DNA of 64,000 nt, taken from IMG/VR virus record IMGVR_UViG_2571042390_000001; one strand, given 5' to 3'. The notes under the pieces were generated by a model, which worked only from the letters and a program-made list of their open reading frames with translations, was not told where the DNA came from and searched no databases. The DNA comes from a virus. Its lineage: Duplodnaviria; Heunggongvirae; Uroviricota; Caudoviricetes. The first letter of the stretch is position 1. Each line of letters starts with the position of its first letter. Of this stretch, positions 35,900 to 45,606 are shown in pieces. A program made the translations under genes and the position numbers.

Positions 35900-36928
35900 A
35901 TGAGTGAATTAATTATCTCTGGCAGCTCCGGTGGTTTTCTGCGCAACATTGGCAAAGAGTACCAGGAGGCCGCAGAAAACTTTATGCGGTTCATGAATGA
36001 CCAGGGGGCTTATGCGCCGAATACTCTGCGCGACCTCCGGTTGGTGTTTCATTCATGGGCGCGCTGGTGTCACGCTCGCCAGCTTGCCTGGTTTCCGATC
36101 TCACCAGAAATGGCCCGCGAGTATTTTCTTCAGCTGCATGATGCCGATCTGGCTTCGACCACCATTGATAAGCACTACGCCATGCTGAATATGCTGCTTT
36201 CGCATTGTGGCCTTCCGCCACTTTCGGATGATAAAAGTGTTTCTCTGGCTATGCGGCGCATCCGGCGCGAAGCGGCAACTGAAAAAGGCGAACGAACAGG
36301 CCAGGCTATACCGCTTCGGTGGGACGATCTGAAACTGCTCGACGTCCTGTTGTCCAGGTCAGAACGGCTGGTGGACCTGCGCAACCGGGCTTTTCTCTTT
36401 GTTGCATACAATACGCTGATGCGTATGTCGGAAATCTCGCGTATTCGTGTAGGAGATCTGGACCAAACAGGTGACACTGTCACGCTACATATTTCACACA
36501 CGAAGACAATAACGACCGCCGCCGGGCTTGATAAGGTGCTTTCCCGTCGCACTACCGCTGTGCTGAATGACTGGCTGGATGTTTCCGGGCTTCGCGAACA
36601 TCCTGACGCAGTGCTGCTCCCGCCGATACACCGTAGCAATAAGGCCAGGATCACGACAACGCCCCTTACTGCACCTGCAATGGAGAAAATATTCAGCGAC
36701 GCCTGGGTGTTGCTGAATAAAAGAGATGCTACGCCAAACAAAGGAAGATACCGGACGTGGACCGGGCATAGTGCACGCGTCGGGGCCGCTATTGATATGG
36801 CTGAAAAGCAGGTGTCTATGGTGGAGATCATGCAGGAAGGAACCTGGAAGAAACCGGAAACACTTATGCGGTATCTTCGCCGTGGCGGCGTGTCTGTGGG
36901 GGCTAATAGCCGCCTGATGGATTTGTAA
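35900..36928 (+). CDS. dre: Cre-family tyrosine recombinase (Dre-like)
   Basis: 342 aa; Cre catalytic residues conserved (ISRIRVGDL, HTKTITTAAG, GHSARVGAA, GTWKKPETLMRYL); N-terminus MSELIISGSSGGFLRNIGKEYQ matches my recollection of Dre. Confidence 0.9.
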   Translation: MSELIISGSSGGFLRNIGKEYQEAAENFMRFMNDQGAYAPNTLRDLRLVFHSWARWCHARQLAWFPISPEMAREYFLQLHDADLASTTIDKHYAMLNMLLSHCGLPPLSDDKSVSLAMRRIRREAATEKGERTGQAIPLRWDDLKLLDVLLSRSERLVDLRNRAFLFVAYNTLMRMSEISRIRVGDLDQTGDTVTLHISHTKTITTAAGLDKVLSRRTTAVLNDWLDVSGLREHPDAVLLPPIHRSNKARITTTPLTAPAMEKIFSDAWVLLNKRDATPNKGRYRTWTGHSARVGAAIDMAEKQVSMVEIMQEGTWKKPETLMRYLRRGGVSVGANSRLMDL

Positions 36929-36930
36929 AT

Positions 36931-36948
36931 TAAATTTCTAACACATCT
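36931..36948. promoter_or_regulatory. Operator-like motif
   Basis: taaatttctaacacatct, just after the dre stop. Confidence 0.45.
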
Positions 36949-37001
36949 TTTTAGATTAACGCCTTTGCTGTAAAGTACCCTCGCCTATTTAGGAGGGTGC
37001 T

Positions 37002-37346
37002 TTGCAGAGCCAAATCACGGAATCAAGACGCTTCAAGGTGGATGGTTACACCGTAACCTTCGCCGCTGGTGTTAAGAACAGTCATGCTGTTGTTGTGTTC
37101 GGCATCATGACCGGGCTTGAGGCCGTCCCTGTGTTTACCCTCGAAAAAAACTGGCGAAATCTGGAGGAAGCAGAAAGCTACGTCCGGAAAGTAACCATCA
37201 TTGCCGCCGAAAAACTCCTGGCCCACTATCAGGAAAATTATCGCACTATGGTCGAGAAGATTAATCTCGCTTTCACTCGCCCCACTACCGGCTTTATTGC
37301 ACCGAATACTAATGCAGGTCGATATCCGGCAAGGGGGCGTCGGTGA
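37002..37346 (+). CDS. Hypothetical protein
   Basis: 114 aa; TTG start 5 nt after strong RBS aggaggg. Confidence 0.5.
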   Translation: MQSQITESRRFKVDGYTVTFAAGVKNSHAVVVFGIMTGLEAVPVFTLEKNWRNLEEAESYVRKVTIIAAEKLLAHYQENYRTMVEKINLAFTRPTTGFIAPNTNAGRYPARGRR

Positions 37347-37819
37347 AAACTTATTACCCATCTCTGAATTGTTACCCGTCTTCCTATCCAGAATTATCCG
37401 GGAAGCTGTTAGCTCTATTAGCTAAAGCACCTACGGAATGGTTTAAGCCAGTCGTTATCAATCCACACTTCCTGGATTACGGATCTGTTCGCACTCGTAA
37501 CGAACTCAAAAACCTACTGGCGCATGGATTCATTCGACACCGTTCCGGTAAAGGCTATCAGTTAGCGATTGCGCCAGAAGAGGCCGTGCGGCTATTCGCA
37601 TATCGTGACAGCCAGACAAAAGCTCGGGTAATAGCTCAAATACTTCATAACGGCAGCACCTATGCCCGCCAGTTTGGCGGCGACACGTCGCAGTTCTTGC
37701 GGGCGGTGCGATCGCTGGAGGAGCAAGGAATTATTGAAAGTTCCTGTCTTCCTGTTCCTACCGTTCCACATATCAAACGTCGGGTTTACACCTTCACGCA
37801 GAGAGCTAAAAAACAATGA
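37343..37819 (+). CDS. Hypothetical protein
   Basis: 158 aa; overlapping start/stop with neighbours. Confidence 0.5.
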   Translation: MKTYYPSLNCYPSSYPELSGKLLALLAKAPTEWFKPVVINPHFLDYGSVRTRNELKNLLAHGFIRHRSGKGYQLAIAPEEAVRLFAYRDSQTKARVIAQILHNGSTYARQFGGDTSQFLRAVRSLEEQGIIESSCLPVPTVPHIKRRVYTFTQRAKKQ

Positions 37820-38310
37820 TTTACGTAAAAGTGAAACGCCTACATCCGGCAGCAAAACTTCCAGCTTATGCCACCTCCGGATCGGCGGCGATGGATTTTG
37901 AGGCTGTTGAAATAAAACCATGCGTCGATAGCAATGGTGCAATTTCCTCAAGCTGGTGGGTGTATACCGGACTGGCTATGGAGATCCCGCCCGGCTGGTG
38001 TCTGAAACTCTATCCGCGATCCGGATTGGGCTGCAAAAAACATACTCGCCTGGCTAACTGCGTAGGAATTATCGACTCCGATTATCGCGGCGAAATCATG
38101 GCAAAACTGATTACTGATCCCGGCGGGGAAGGCGTTTGTCTCAAGCCTGGAATGGCGGTCATGCAAGGCATTTTTGAGCGTGTTGAACCGGTATCGCTGG
38201 TAGAAGTTGATGAACTCGATGAAACAGAGCGAGGTGCTGGTGGCTTTGGTAGCACATCGGAAGACCGCATTGAAATCAAGCGTACACCGCTTCAGTACGA
38301 AAAGTTTTAA
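37816..38310 (+). CDS. dut: dUTPase
   Basis: dUTPase motifs YPRSGLG, GIIDSDYRGEI and RGAGGFGSTS. Confidence 0.85.
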   Translation: MIYVKVKRLHPAAKLPAYATSGSAAMDFEAVEIKPCVDSNGAISSSWWVYTGLAMEIPPGWCLKLYPRSGLGCKKHTRLANCVGIIDSDYRGEIMAKLITDPGGEGVCLKPGMAVMQGIFERVEPVSLVEVDELDETERGAGGFGSTSEDRIEIKRTPLQYEKF

Positions 38311-38324
38311 GTAGAGGAAAGATT

Positions 38325-38987
38325 ATGGCCAGCACTTTTCAGGTGTTCCCCAAATACAAAAGCCACAGCATCATTCGGGCATCGAAAATCAAAGATATTG
38401 TTATTGTCGGCGAAGCTTATGCGCCCATTTTTGGCAGTATCGAAGTCGTTGAGCCAAAAGGAATGACGCTTCGTGTTGATGGTGTGTTCTTGGAAAAATT
38501 CCGACCGCAAATAGGAGGATATCTCGTCACTGCTGAAAATGGCTATCTGGTCTATGTGCCAGAGAAAGCATTTGAAAAATGCTATAGCCGGGTTAACGAC
38601 GCCTCCGAAAATGGGGTATCGCTCAGCATTGAAGGTCACAATGGGGTGACATTCATTACAGCCAGGGACGTAACTATTTCTGCTGGCGGTATCGCTACTC
38701 TACAAGAAGAAATCGACCTTGAAGCAGCCGACTTTTCTGACGCGCTGATGTGGCTGAAGGATGGCAAGAAAGTTGCCCGACGTGGGTGGAACGGCGAAAA
38801 CCAATTCTGCTGGCTGGTTCCCGAAGGACAGTACCCGGCACGAATGGAAGCCATTAAGGGATATTTCCCCGGCGATCTCGTTCCGTATGGTGCTTATTTC
38901 GCCTTAAAAAATGCACAAGGTGTAGTTGTTCCGTGGGTTCCTTCTGTAGGCGACTTACTGGCATGTGACTGGTTTGTGGTGGAGTGA
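38325..38987 (+). CDS. Two-domain protein with C-terminal DUF2829-like domain
   Basis: 220 aa; C-terminal FSDALMWLKDGKKVARRGWNG ... VPWVPSVGDLLACDWFVVE. Confidence 0.6.
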   Translation: MASTFQVFPKYKSHSIIRASKIKDIVIVGEAYAPIFGSIEVVEPKGMTLRVDGVFLEKFRPQIGGYLVTAENGYLVYVPEKAFEKCYSRVNDASENGVSLSIEGHNGVTFITARDVTISAGGIATLQEEIDLEAADFSDALMWLKDGKKVARRGWNGENQFCWLVPEGQYPARMEAIKGYFPGDLVPYGAYFALKNAQGVVVPWVPSVGDLLACDWFVVE

Positions 38988-38993
38988 TTTAAC

Positions 38994-39761
38994 GTGGAAA
39001 ATACTAAAGCAATTCAATACCGCTTGCGTAATGGCCTGCTGGTGGCTGTTAACGCCGACATGTCACTGCCGTTTGACACGATTGAACGCACTATCATGAC
39101 GTATCTCGGCTTTAATGAAGAACTGAATGAAGAGCATGGCGTAGCTATATGGAACGATGCAGATAACGGCGCTCGTCGTCATATTACAGCCAGAGGAAAA
39201 GACTACTCTCTGGAAGAACTGTTTACCCTTGCACAGTCTTTCGAATGTGTAGCATTGGACCTGTTTAATGATCATGCTATAGCGCAACGACTTATCCGCG
39301 AGCTTGGGCTGTCCGTTACCCCAATCATCTTTAGAAATGGCAGCCTGACTGGCACATGGCGCGTAGAACGCATCTCAAACTACCTTCCATATAACCGACT
39401 GTTAAATGGAGTAATCTCCGGCGTTAATCAGCCCGTAGCGTGTGAAAATGTAAACCTGGTTGTCGCTGTTTTGGCAACCGCATGTCGTGTTATCGGTTTG
39501 GCTAAACAGGCATTTATTCATTTCCCAAATGGTGCAGAAGGTAGCGCAGAGATTATCGCGTGTGATTTCGAATTTACCTGGATGCTACGAGAATATCTGG
39601 ACCAAACAGTGTTCCGCGCCGAAGAACTGGATATGTATATCACGTCAACGATTCCTGATGATGTGCGTGCTGAAGCAATCGCTACAGCAAGGGCCAAATG
39701 CCGTGCGGCGATTGCAGAGCAGGCCAAAGAAGAAGTTAAGGAAGTGGCAGATGGCGACTAA
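38994..39761 (+). CDS. Hypothetical protein
   Basis: 255 aa from GTG; stop overlaps the next start. Confidence 0.45.
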   Translation: MENTKAIQYRLRNGLLVAVNADMSLPFDTIERTIMTYLGFNEELNEEHGVAIWNDADNGARRHITARGKDYSLEELFTLAQSFECVALDLFNDHAIAQRLIRELGLSVTPIIFRNGSLTGTWRVERISNYLPYNRLLNGVISGVNQPVACENVNLVVAVLATACRVIGLAKQAFIHFPNGAEGSAEIIACDFEFTWMLREYLDQTVFRAEELDMYITSTIPDDVRAEAIATARAKCRAAIAEQAKEEVKEVADGD

Positions 39762-40845
39762 GAGCAATATTTATAAAGATCCGCGCTGGCTGTCGCTGGT
39801 GGAGAAATATAAAGACAATTGGGTTCTGGCAGCAAAAGAATTGTTTGATATTGATTTAAGCCACCAGCAACAACAAATTGTTGAAGCTATACAGCCCAAT
39901 AATGCAAAAGCTACTGTCACCACTCCGCATGGGATCGGACGACCGCAAGTGCTTGCTGTTATTAGTACCCTTTATACGATTATGTATCCTGATTCCCGGA
40001 CAGTAATTGTTTATCCAAAATCAAATGCTTGCAAAAAAGGAATTGTTGCATATGTGTGGCAATGTTGGGAGGCATTACTGAAAAAACAACCTTTTATCAT
40101 TGAGTATTTTAAGGTCGGTGATAGCGGTCTGATGTTCAATGAATTTTGGGGAATGTGCTTTTGTAACTACCGCCTTAACTATGAAGATAGCATTGCAGGT
40201 CACTACGCCGACCATCTGTTATTCATTATTGTGGATTCCGCACATATCAGCGATCGGGCATACAGTATTGTGTGGGCAAGCATGACTAGTGGTGATTCAC
40301 GCATATTGCTCACTTCAATTCCGTCACCAGAGGAAATAGGATTTTTTTATGATTCTCATCATGGGCGTGCTTTAGCTGAAGATAATCCGAGTGGTGCCTA
40401 TAAAGCCATTAAGCTGAGTGCTGAGGATTCACCATTTATTACCCAAGAATATCTTGATCATTTTGCCGAAAGGTATGGCGGGCGAAATAGTGATGACTAC
40501 CGTCGTATGATTCTTGGTGAGTTCCCTGGTATTAGGGAGGCTGTTCTTGAATCAGATATGCCGAAGACAATGCGCTTTTCGATGCCTGATGGTAGTGAAT
40601 GGACAATACCATTACGAGTGATAGCCCGGCATCATGCGCAGCACCACGCCAAAAAACATGGCGTCACGACATTAGAATGGTTGAAATCGCACACCATTCC
40701 ACTCTTCACTGCAGATCACAATGCTATCGTTGAGTGGGCAAAAACAATTCCGTGGGAGAATGTCGCTGAATACGCCCACATGCTAAAACCGCCGAAAGAC
40801 AGGCAAGAAATTAGCTGGCTGACAGCAGAAAAAATCATTGAGTGA
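39751..40845 (+). CDS. Terminase large-subunit paralogue with degenerate ATPase motifs and no nuclease region
   Basis: About 364 aa; aligns with PacB-like N-terminus (DPRW, HQQQQI) but Walker A reads PHGIGRPQ and Walker B IIVDSA; C-terminus unrelated to PacB nuclease region. Confidence 0.6.
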   Translation: MATKSNIYKDPRWLSLVEKYKDNWVLAAKELFDIDLSHQQQQIVEAIQPNNAKATVTTPHGIGRPQVLAVISTLYTIMYPDSRTVIVYPKSNACKKGIVAYVWQCWEALLKKQPFIIEYFKVGDSGLMFNEFWGMCFCNYRLNYEDSIAGHYADHLLFIIVDSAHISDRAYSIVWASMTSGDSRILLTSIPSPEEIGFFYDSHHGRALAEDNPSGAYKAIKLSAEDSPFITQEYLDHFAERYGGRNSDDYRRMILGEFPGIREAVLESDMPKTMRFSMPDGSEWTIPLRVIARHHAQHHAKKHGVTTLEWLKSHTIPLFTADHNAIVEWAKTIPWENVAEYAHMLKPPKDRQEISWLTAEKIIE

Positions 40846-40848
40846 TAG

Positions 40849-40880
40849 TAAGAAGCCCGCCTGGTTGAGCGGGCTTCTTT
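40849..40880. terminator. Bidirectional intrinsic terminator
   Basis: aagaagcccgc-ctggttga-gcgggcttctt followed by TT. Confidence 0.7.
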
Positions 40881-41261
40881 TCAAATATTGGAACCATATA
40901 GTTCACGTAGTTTTTTCGCTACTGAAGATACGGGGATTTCACCAGTTGCAGCCCCCACTGCAAGCTCCACCAGCACGGGATCATCATATACCTGTATACC
41001 GTTACGGCGTAGAAATAGCAGCGCACTGTTTAGCGCGGTACGCTTATTGGCATCATTGAATATATGCCCTCTCGCCGTAGCCACCAGGTAGGTGGCGGAG
41101 ACTTCGAAAAGGTCGGTGATCTCTTCGTAGGCAACTCTGGCCTGAACTCTCCCGATAATGGCCTCTGCCCTACCCGGATCTGACATTCCCGGCAGGCCGC
41201 CGTAGCGGCTTATATTCGCATCATGAAGCGCAATAAGTTCTTCCGGTGATATATGCCTCAT
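40881..41261 (-). CDS. doc: Doc toxin (Fic/Doc family)
   Basis: 126 aa; Fic-type motif region [11 protein letters not shown]; overlaps phd stop. Confidence 0.9.
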
Positions 41262-41482
41262 TATCGGTTAACCAGTTCCTTGTTGGTGGAGTCCAGGGTG
41301 TCAAACAGGGATGCAAATTCAGCATCCAGCGCCGCCTTTTTGTAGGCTTCGAAAGTAGCCTTGCTGACAATTACTGCTGGTTCACGGCCTCTGCGGGTGA
41401 TTTCAACCTCTTCCCCGGCTTCAACATTGTTGAGCAATTCAGAAAGGTTGCCGCGCGCGGTACGGAAGTTAATAGATTGCAT
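41261..41482 (-). CDS. phd: Phd antitoxin
   Basis: 73 aa from second Met ([16 protein letters not shown]...STNKELVNR), near-identical to P1 Phd as I recall it. Confidence 0.9.
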
Positions 41483-41554
41483 AAACACCTCGTGTACTCG
41501 TTATGTGTACACAATCATAAACCTCACAGGCATAAAGCACCAGCACTTTGCAGC

Positions 41555-41944
41555 TTAAATAACCGGACAATCATCAAACTCCCCACTTCGGGCATCATTG
41601 ATGACATGAGTGATCACACCAAAAACAGCATTACTGCCCGTGCATCCATCGTCATCTACTGGTAACGCCTCTTTCTTCCCGGTGCTTAAATCCTCCAGGT
41701 GCTGGCGCGGATACTTTCGGTATCTCTTTATGCGATATTCTCCCTCCATAGCGCACACAAGCAGCGAACCATCAACCGGAGTAAGCGAGGAATCAACCAC
41801 CAGCAAAGCACCCTGCAATATTCCCTCACGGTGATGGCTATCAGCTGCCCGCATGAAGTAGGTCGCTGAAGGATGTCTAATTATCTGCTGATCAAGAGAA
41901 ATTCGGCTTTCAACATAATCCGCCGCAGGAGAAGGGAAGCCCAT
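41555..41944 (-). CDS. humD: UmuD-like S24 peptidase (HumD)
   Basis: 129 aa; LexA/UmuD fold signature, Ser in LVVDSS and Lys in EYRIKRY. Confidence 0.8.
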   Translation of the reverse strand: MGFPSPAADYVESRISLDQQIIRHPSATYFMRAADSHHREGILQGALLVVDSSLTPVDGSLLVCAMEGEYRIKRYRKYPRQHLEDLSTGKKEALPVDDDGCTGSNAVFGVITHVINDARSGEFDDCPVI

Positions 41945-42067
41945 AGCGTTTTACCTCAATGATACTGTTTATTCATACAGTATACATTGAAAAGGCATAG
42001 TTTGTGAAAGCGGGGTTTGTAGGCGCGCCACGCTGGGGGCTAATCACATTTCTCCCCCATCTTGCCG

Positions 42068-42319
42068 TTATTTTTTTGGTGCATCCTCGTTCTGATACAC
42101 CGGATCGCTCCCTTTTGGCAACTGGAGGTTTAACTGCCGGTAGTGCCGTAGCCGTTCCATGAAATAGGCGCGCAGGTTTTCCGGTTGCTCACGGGCCACC
42201 TGCTCTGCAATCACAGGTATATTCAGCCGTTCTTTGTAAGCAACGCCGCTGGCGGCAAGGTCTACGTTCACCTTGTCTCGCTCTTCCTGGCTTTTAGCTG
42301 CTATATTTCGATCTGACAC
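42068..42319 (-). CDS. hot: Homologue of DNA polymerase III theta subunit (Hot)
   Basis: 83 aa; [36 protein letters not shown] closely matches E. coli theta (HolE) as I recall it. Confidence 0.75.
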   Translation of the reverse strand: MSDRNIAAKSQEERDKVNVDLAASGVAYKERLNIPVIAEQVAREQPENLRAYFMERLRHYRQLNLQLPKGSDPVYQNEDAPKK

Positions 42320-42351
42320 AAGAAACCTCCAGGAGTTAGTGGATCAGGCAC

Positions 42352-42702
42352 ATGCACAACAACGTTCTCAATGTTAGCCGTTCAATTCAGACAATCAGAG
42401 ACTGCACCAGTGTGGTGGCATCAATCCCATTGCGAAACAGCATAGACGAACTGCAAATTCGTGTATTGAATCTGAATCAGGCTAATAAGCAATTGCGCTT
42501 TATTTTGACGCTGAAAAGTGAAACAGAGGGGATAAAGCACAGCGTAAAAGTGTTTTCTGAGGCCATTCTGCTTCATGGGACGCTCCGGCATCTGGTAAGG
42601 CCAGAACGTCAATATCCTGACGTCCTGGCGCGTGAAAAAGACCTTCTTTCCGAAGTTCAGAATAGGGTGATCGATTTCGTTAAATGCCACCCACTACAAT
42701 GA
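42352..42702 (+). CDS. Possible plus-strand hypothetical protein inside a minus-strand block
   Basis: 116 aa with protein-like composition but weak start context. Confidence 0.3.
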   Translation: MHNNVLNVSRSIQTIRDCTSVVASIPLRNSIDELQIRVLNLNQANKQLRFILTLKSETEGIKHSVKVFSEAILLHGTLRHLVRPERQYPDVLAREKDLLSEVQNRVIDFVKCHPLQ

Positions 42703-42758
42703 TTTGTAGTAACCAGGGGTACTGCGGGTAGCCAGAACTACAAGCTCACCAGTCATCA

Positions 42759-43556
42759 TTAATACCGGCATTCATAGCATGAGTATCTCCACTGTTCATG
42801 GTCAAAGCACCAGAATGCTTCCCTGGGCAGATTGTGTTTGTTCATTAGCGCCAGAACTTGCGTAGGCGTATTCGCGGGAATTTCTGGTAATAAAGCCTTC
42901 GCCATTTCATGAACCAACATGGCATCAATGACGCCTAGCGTATGGCCTGCCTTAATCTTTAATGCAGTTTCAAGATAGCTCCTTTCCAGAGTTGTGCTTA
43001 CTCTTGGCTTCGGCACCTCTTGTGGATGAGTATCCAGACGGTTGCCAGATTCATAGGCTACCCGCAGCCAGTGCATGAATGTTTCAGTAGACACACAACC
43101 GCAGTCCAAGTCGATTTTTTCGCGTTGTTGCCCCAGCCATTGCTCAAAATTTAACTTATTGGATGCTTCAAGAGCCTCTTCGTATTGTTTGCGCGAAATT
43201 ATTTCCGTGTATTCCTCGCGATCAAGGTTACTTATCGGAAGCCTGACCTCAAGGCAAAAATTGCGCCCACGCGGGCTTTTCGCTGGATCAGAGCCAAAAG
43301 CAAAGAAACCATATGATGGTTCACAGCAGTCCTCTCTAACCATGCGACAATCGAGCACATCATCAGGCCACCCTCCACGCTTTGGCAGCTCCTGCACCAA
43401 CAAGTCAATCAGCTTTATACTCTCACCGTCTTTGCAGGTTGCTAACGCTATTTGGGCAAGCTCCAATACCTCATCTGCCGTGTATCCAGCGCCGTGTCCA
43501 TACATTTCGATGCGTGCAATAATCTCTGATATGCGAAATTTAGTGATTTTAGTCAT
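42759..43556 (-). CDS. Hypothetical protein
   Basis: About 266 aa from ATG 43556 with RBS aagga; ATGA overlap with upstream gene. Confidence 0.5.
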   Translation of the reverse strand: MTKITKFRISEIIARIEMYGHGAGYTADEVLELAQIALATCKDGESIKLIDLLVQELPKRGGWPDDVLDCRMVREDCCEPSYGFFAFGSDPAKSPRGRNFCLEVRLPISNLDREEYTEIISRKQYEEALEASNKLNFEQWLGQQREKIDLDCGCVSTETFMHWLRVAYESGNRLDTHPQEVPKPRVSTTLERSYLETALKIKAGHTLGVIDAMLVHEMAKALLPEIPANTPTQVLALMNKHNLPREAFWCFDHEQWRYSCYECRY

Positions 43557-43762
43557 AGTTTTATTTCCTTGCATGGTTCGCCTTTACGGCATATAGCTGC
43601 ACGGTCATTTCTTACATTAACCACGGTCACCGTTCCGTCATCGCATTGAATAACGATGAAAGGGTGTTCATTCTCTTTTGTGCAATGTTGCTGTTCCCCT
43701 GCTATAACAGTGAGGGGAATTAATAAAATAATAATTACTGCGAATTTACTAAATGTTGCCAT
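43553..43762 (-). CDS. Small secreted Cys-containing protein
   Basis: 69 aa; signal peptide MATFSKFAVIIILLIPLTVIAG; four Cys in the mature part. Confidence 0.45.
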   Translation of the reverse strand: MATFSKFAVIIILLIPLTVIAGEQQHCTKENEHPFIVIQCDDGTVTVVNVRNDRAAICRKGEPCKEIKL

Positions 43763-43786
43763 AGCAATCTTTCTTTCTGTTTTTCA

Positions 43787-44080
43787 TTATGGTTGAATCC
43801 AGTTATCTTCAATAGCAATGCTCAATCTTTGTAACCATTCTGCTAATTTCAGCATTGCTTCTCTTTCGCTTAAACCACGAGGAAAATCATCAAGCGATAT
43901 TGTTGGCTTGAAGTTTCCCAAATTATCCATTTCAACGGTCAGATTTTGCTCCAGCACGGTATTCCTTACGCGGCTATTGTGCCGAAGCAAATATACTGAA
44001 CGTGATTTATTGGTTTTGTGGTCGAGCTGATATTCGGTAAGTATCATCTGGCTTCCGCCATGATTATTACCGCGCCACAT
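43787..44080 (-). CDS. Hypothetical protein
   Basis: 97 aa. Confidence 0.4.
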   Translation of the reverse strand: MWRGNNHGGSQMILTEYQLDHKTNKSRSVYLLRHNSRVRNTVLEQNLTVEMDNLGNFKPTISLDDFPRGLSEREAMLKLAEWLQRLSIAIEDNWIQP

Positions 44081-44103
44081 AATTACTCCGTGTTAATTGA
44101 AAT

Positions 44104-44406
44104 TTAGCTATTAATCTTCACTTTTATCGCGAACACCTTTACCGGTTTATCACCGAAGTGCGGATGTGTGATTGTCTTGATTTCATATCCACCATACGGA
44201 ACATCAATTCTGCGACTGGAATCGTCGCGCTTCGGATATCCCTTTGTGATAATCAGGCGGTCATACTTACGGTTAACGAGGCGCTTATTCCAGTAGTCAT
44301 TACACAGGCGATACTCTTCCGTTTTATCTCCGCGAATCATGGCATCGAAGTATTCACCTTTGACGGCAAGTTGCAGGTTAGCCATTACCTCACCTCCAGT
44401 CTCCAT
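44104..44406 (-). CDS. ASCH-like domain protein
   Basis: 100 aa; GDKTEEYR fits the ASCH GxKxxExR motif. Confidence 0.45.
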   Translation of the reverse strand: METGGEVMANLQLAVKGEYFDAMIRGDKTEEYRLCNDYWNKRLVNRKYDRLIITKGYPKRDDSSRRIDVPYGGYEIKTITHPHFGDKPVKVFAIKVKINS

Positions 44407-44645
44407 ACCGCCTGACCAATCCGGCTGGCATGGGTATCTTTGGATACTGTTCCGTCTTTAGCCAGCTCCATAAGAATTTTGCGCAAATCTGCCGAGCGCC
44501 ATTCTTCATCAGGAAATTCCTTCTCCATTGCCAACCGCAGATTCCAGGTTGCTATCGTGAATGGATATTCACCGCCGAGAGCTTTCTCTTGTAGGGCAGC
44601 ACGGGAACGCATCACCTGCAAAACCTTCTCTTTTACATCCATCAT
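44385..44645 (-). CDS. Hypothetical protein
   Basis: 86 aa; overlaps neighbours by a few bases. Confidence 0.4.
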   Translation of the reverse strand: MMDVKEKVLQVMRSRAALQEKALGGEYPFTIATWNLRLAMEKEFPDEEWRSADLRKILMELAKDGTVSKDTHASRIGQAVWRLEVR

Positions 44646-45331
44646 TACGCCTCCTTCGGCGGTTCTGGTAGCGGCATCCAGTGGGTTACTTCTTTGAGAT
44701 GCAGGTCTTCGCCATCACCGTCATCCCAAGTGGGATTGCCATCATTAAACCAGTCGCCATATACGCCGACCTGAGTGTTGGGGATGCTTGGTGGGTAGTT
44801 GTTTTTAAAGTCAGCTGCTAACACATAGTATTGTCGCTCTCCCATTTCTGGCATTCGATCACTACAGCTTATCCAACCATCCGGAGTTACCGGAGAGTTG
44901 GTTGACGTTTCCGCAATTTCCCGAAAATTATTGGTTGACGAATTCGCGTTTTTCCGAAAGTTTCCGGCATGAAGCATAGCCGCGCGGCAGGCATTCCACC
45001 CCTTCACATAACCGAACGCCATCAACTGATCACTCATGGCGGGCAGCATTGTGTGGGTCGTACTGATTTCTTCCGGCACTACCGGCGCTGGCGGGGCGAT
45101 GCGTCCAAGCAACTTATTTACCTCTTTCGCCATCGCGTCATATTTATCTAAATGGCGATTAGCTTCTAAGCAGACTCGGCGCATCTGATCTGAGTTAACT
45201 CGTTTAACTGGATCTGCTTCCAGCGATGCCAGCGCAATCCGTGCCAGTTCCATTTGTTCACCACGGGTAAGCCCGTTTTCAAGCGGATTTTTAATGAACA
45301 ATTCAATACGTTCTTTGGTAATAGTGGTCAT
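44645..45331 (-). CDS. Member of a paralogous family (MTTIT...RIALASLEA N-terminus)
   Basis: 228 aa; N-terminus homologous to 46101-46550. Confidence 0.55.
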   Translation of the reverse strand: MTTITKERIELFIKNPLENGLTRGEQMELARIALASLEADPVKRVNSDQMRRVCLEANRHLDKYDAMAKEVNKLLGRIAPPAPVVPEEISTTHTMLPAMSDQLMAFGYVKGWNACRAAMLHAGNFRKNANSSTNNFREIAETSTNSPVTPDGWISCSDRMPEMGERQYYVLAADFKNNYPPSIPNTQVGVYGDWFNDGNPTWDDGDGEDLHLKEVTHWMPLPEPPKEA

Positions 45332-45341
45332 GTGTTACTCC

Positions 45342-45605
45342 TTAACCCGCAGTGCTTTCAACTGATGAGGGGAACAAAATCTTTTCATCAAACCCTGCAT
45401 TCATATCATGAACAGCAACACACCAATCCATCGACGAACGATTATCAAGAGTCTCCATGATTTCATCCATGCGGCGCAGGTCATACAGGTAAATGCTTTT
45501 ATCGCCAATGGTGTAAAAACCAATTTTTTTCGGTGATGGACAGCGATCAAGAACGTCCTGTAATTCGCTCAACCATGCTTGTTCTTTTTTTGTCAAAGTT
45601 GCCAT
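45342..45605 (-). CDS. Hypothetical protein
   Basis: 87 aa. Confidence 0.45.
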   Translation of the reverse strand: MATLTKKEQAWLSELQDVLDRCPSPKKIGFYTIGDKSIYLYDLRRMDEIMETLDNRSSMDWCVAVHDMNAGFDEKILFPSSVESTAG

Positions 45606-45606
45606 A

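Noticed and set aside
42421-42690. 89-aa minus-strand ORF between hot and the next gene
   Set aside because: Composition (Phe/Gln/Tyr-rich, no charged core) looks non-protein-like and it overlaps a more plausible plus-strand frame.
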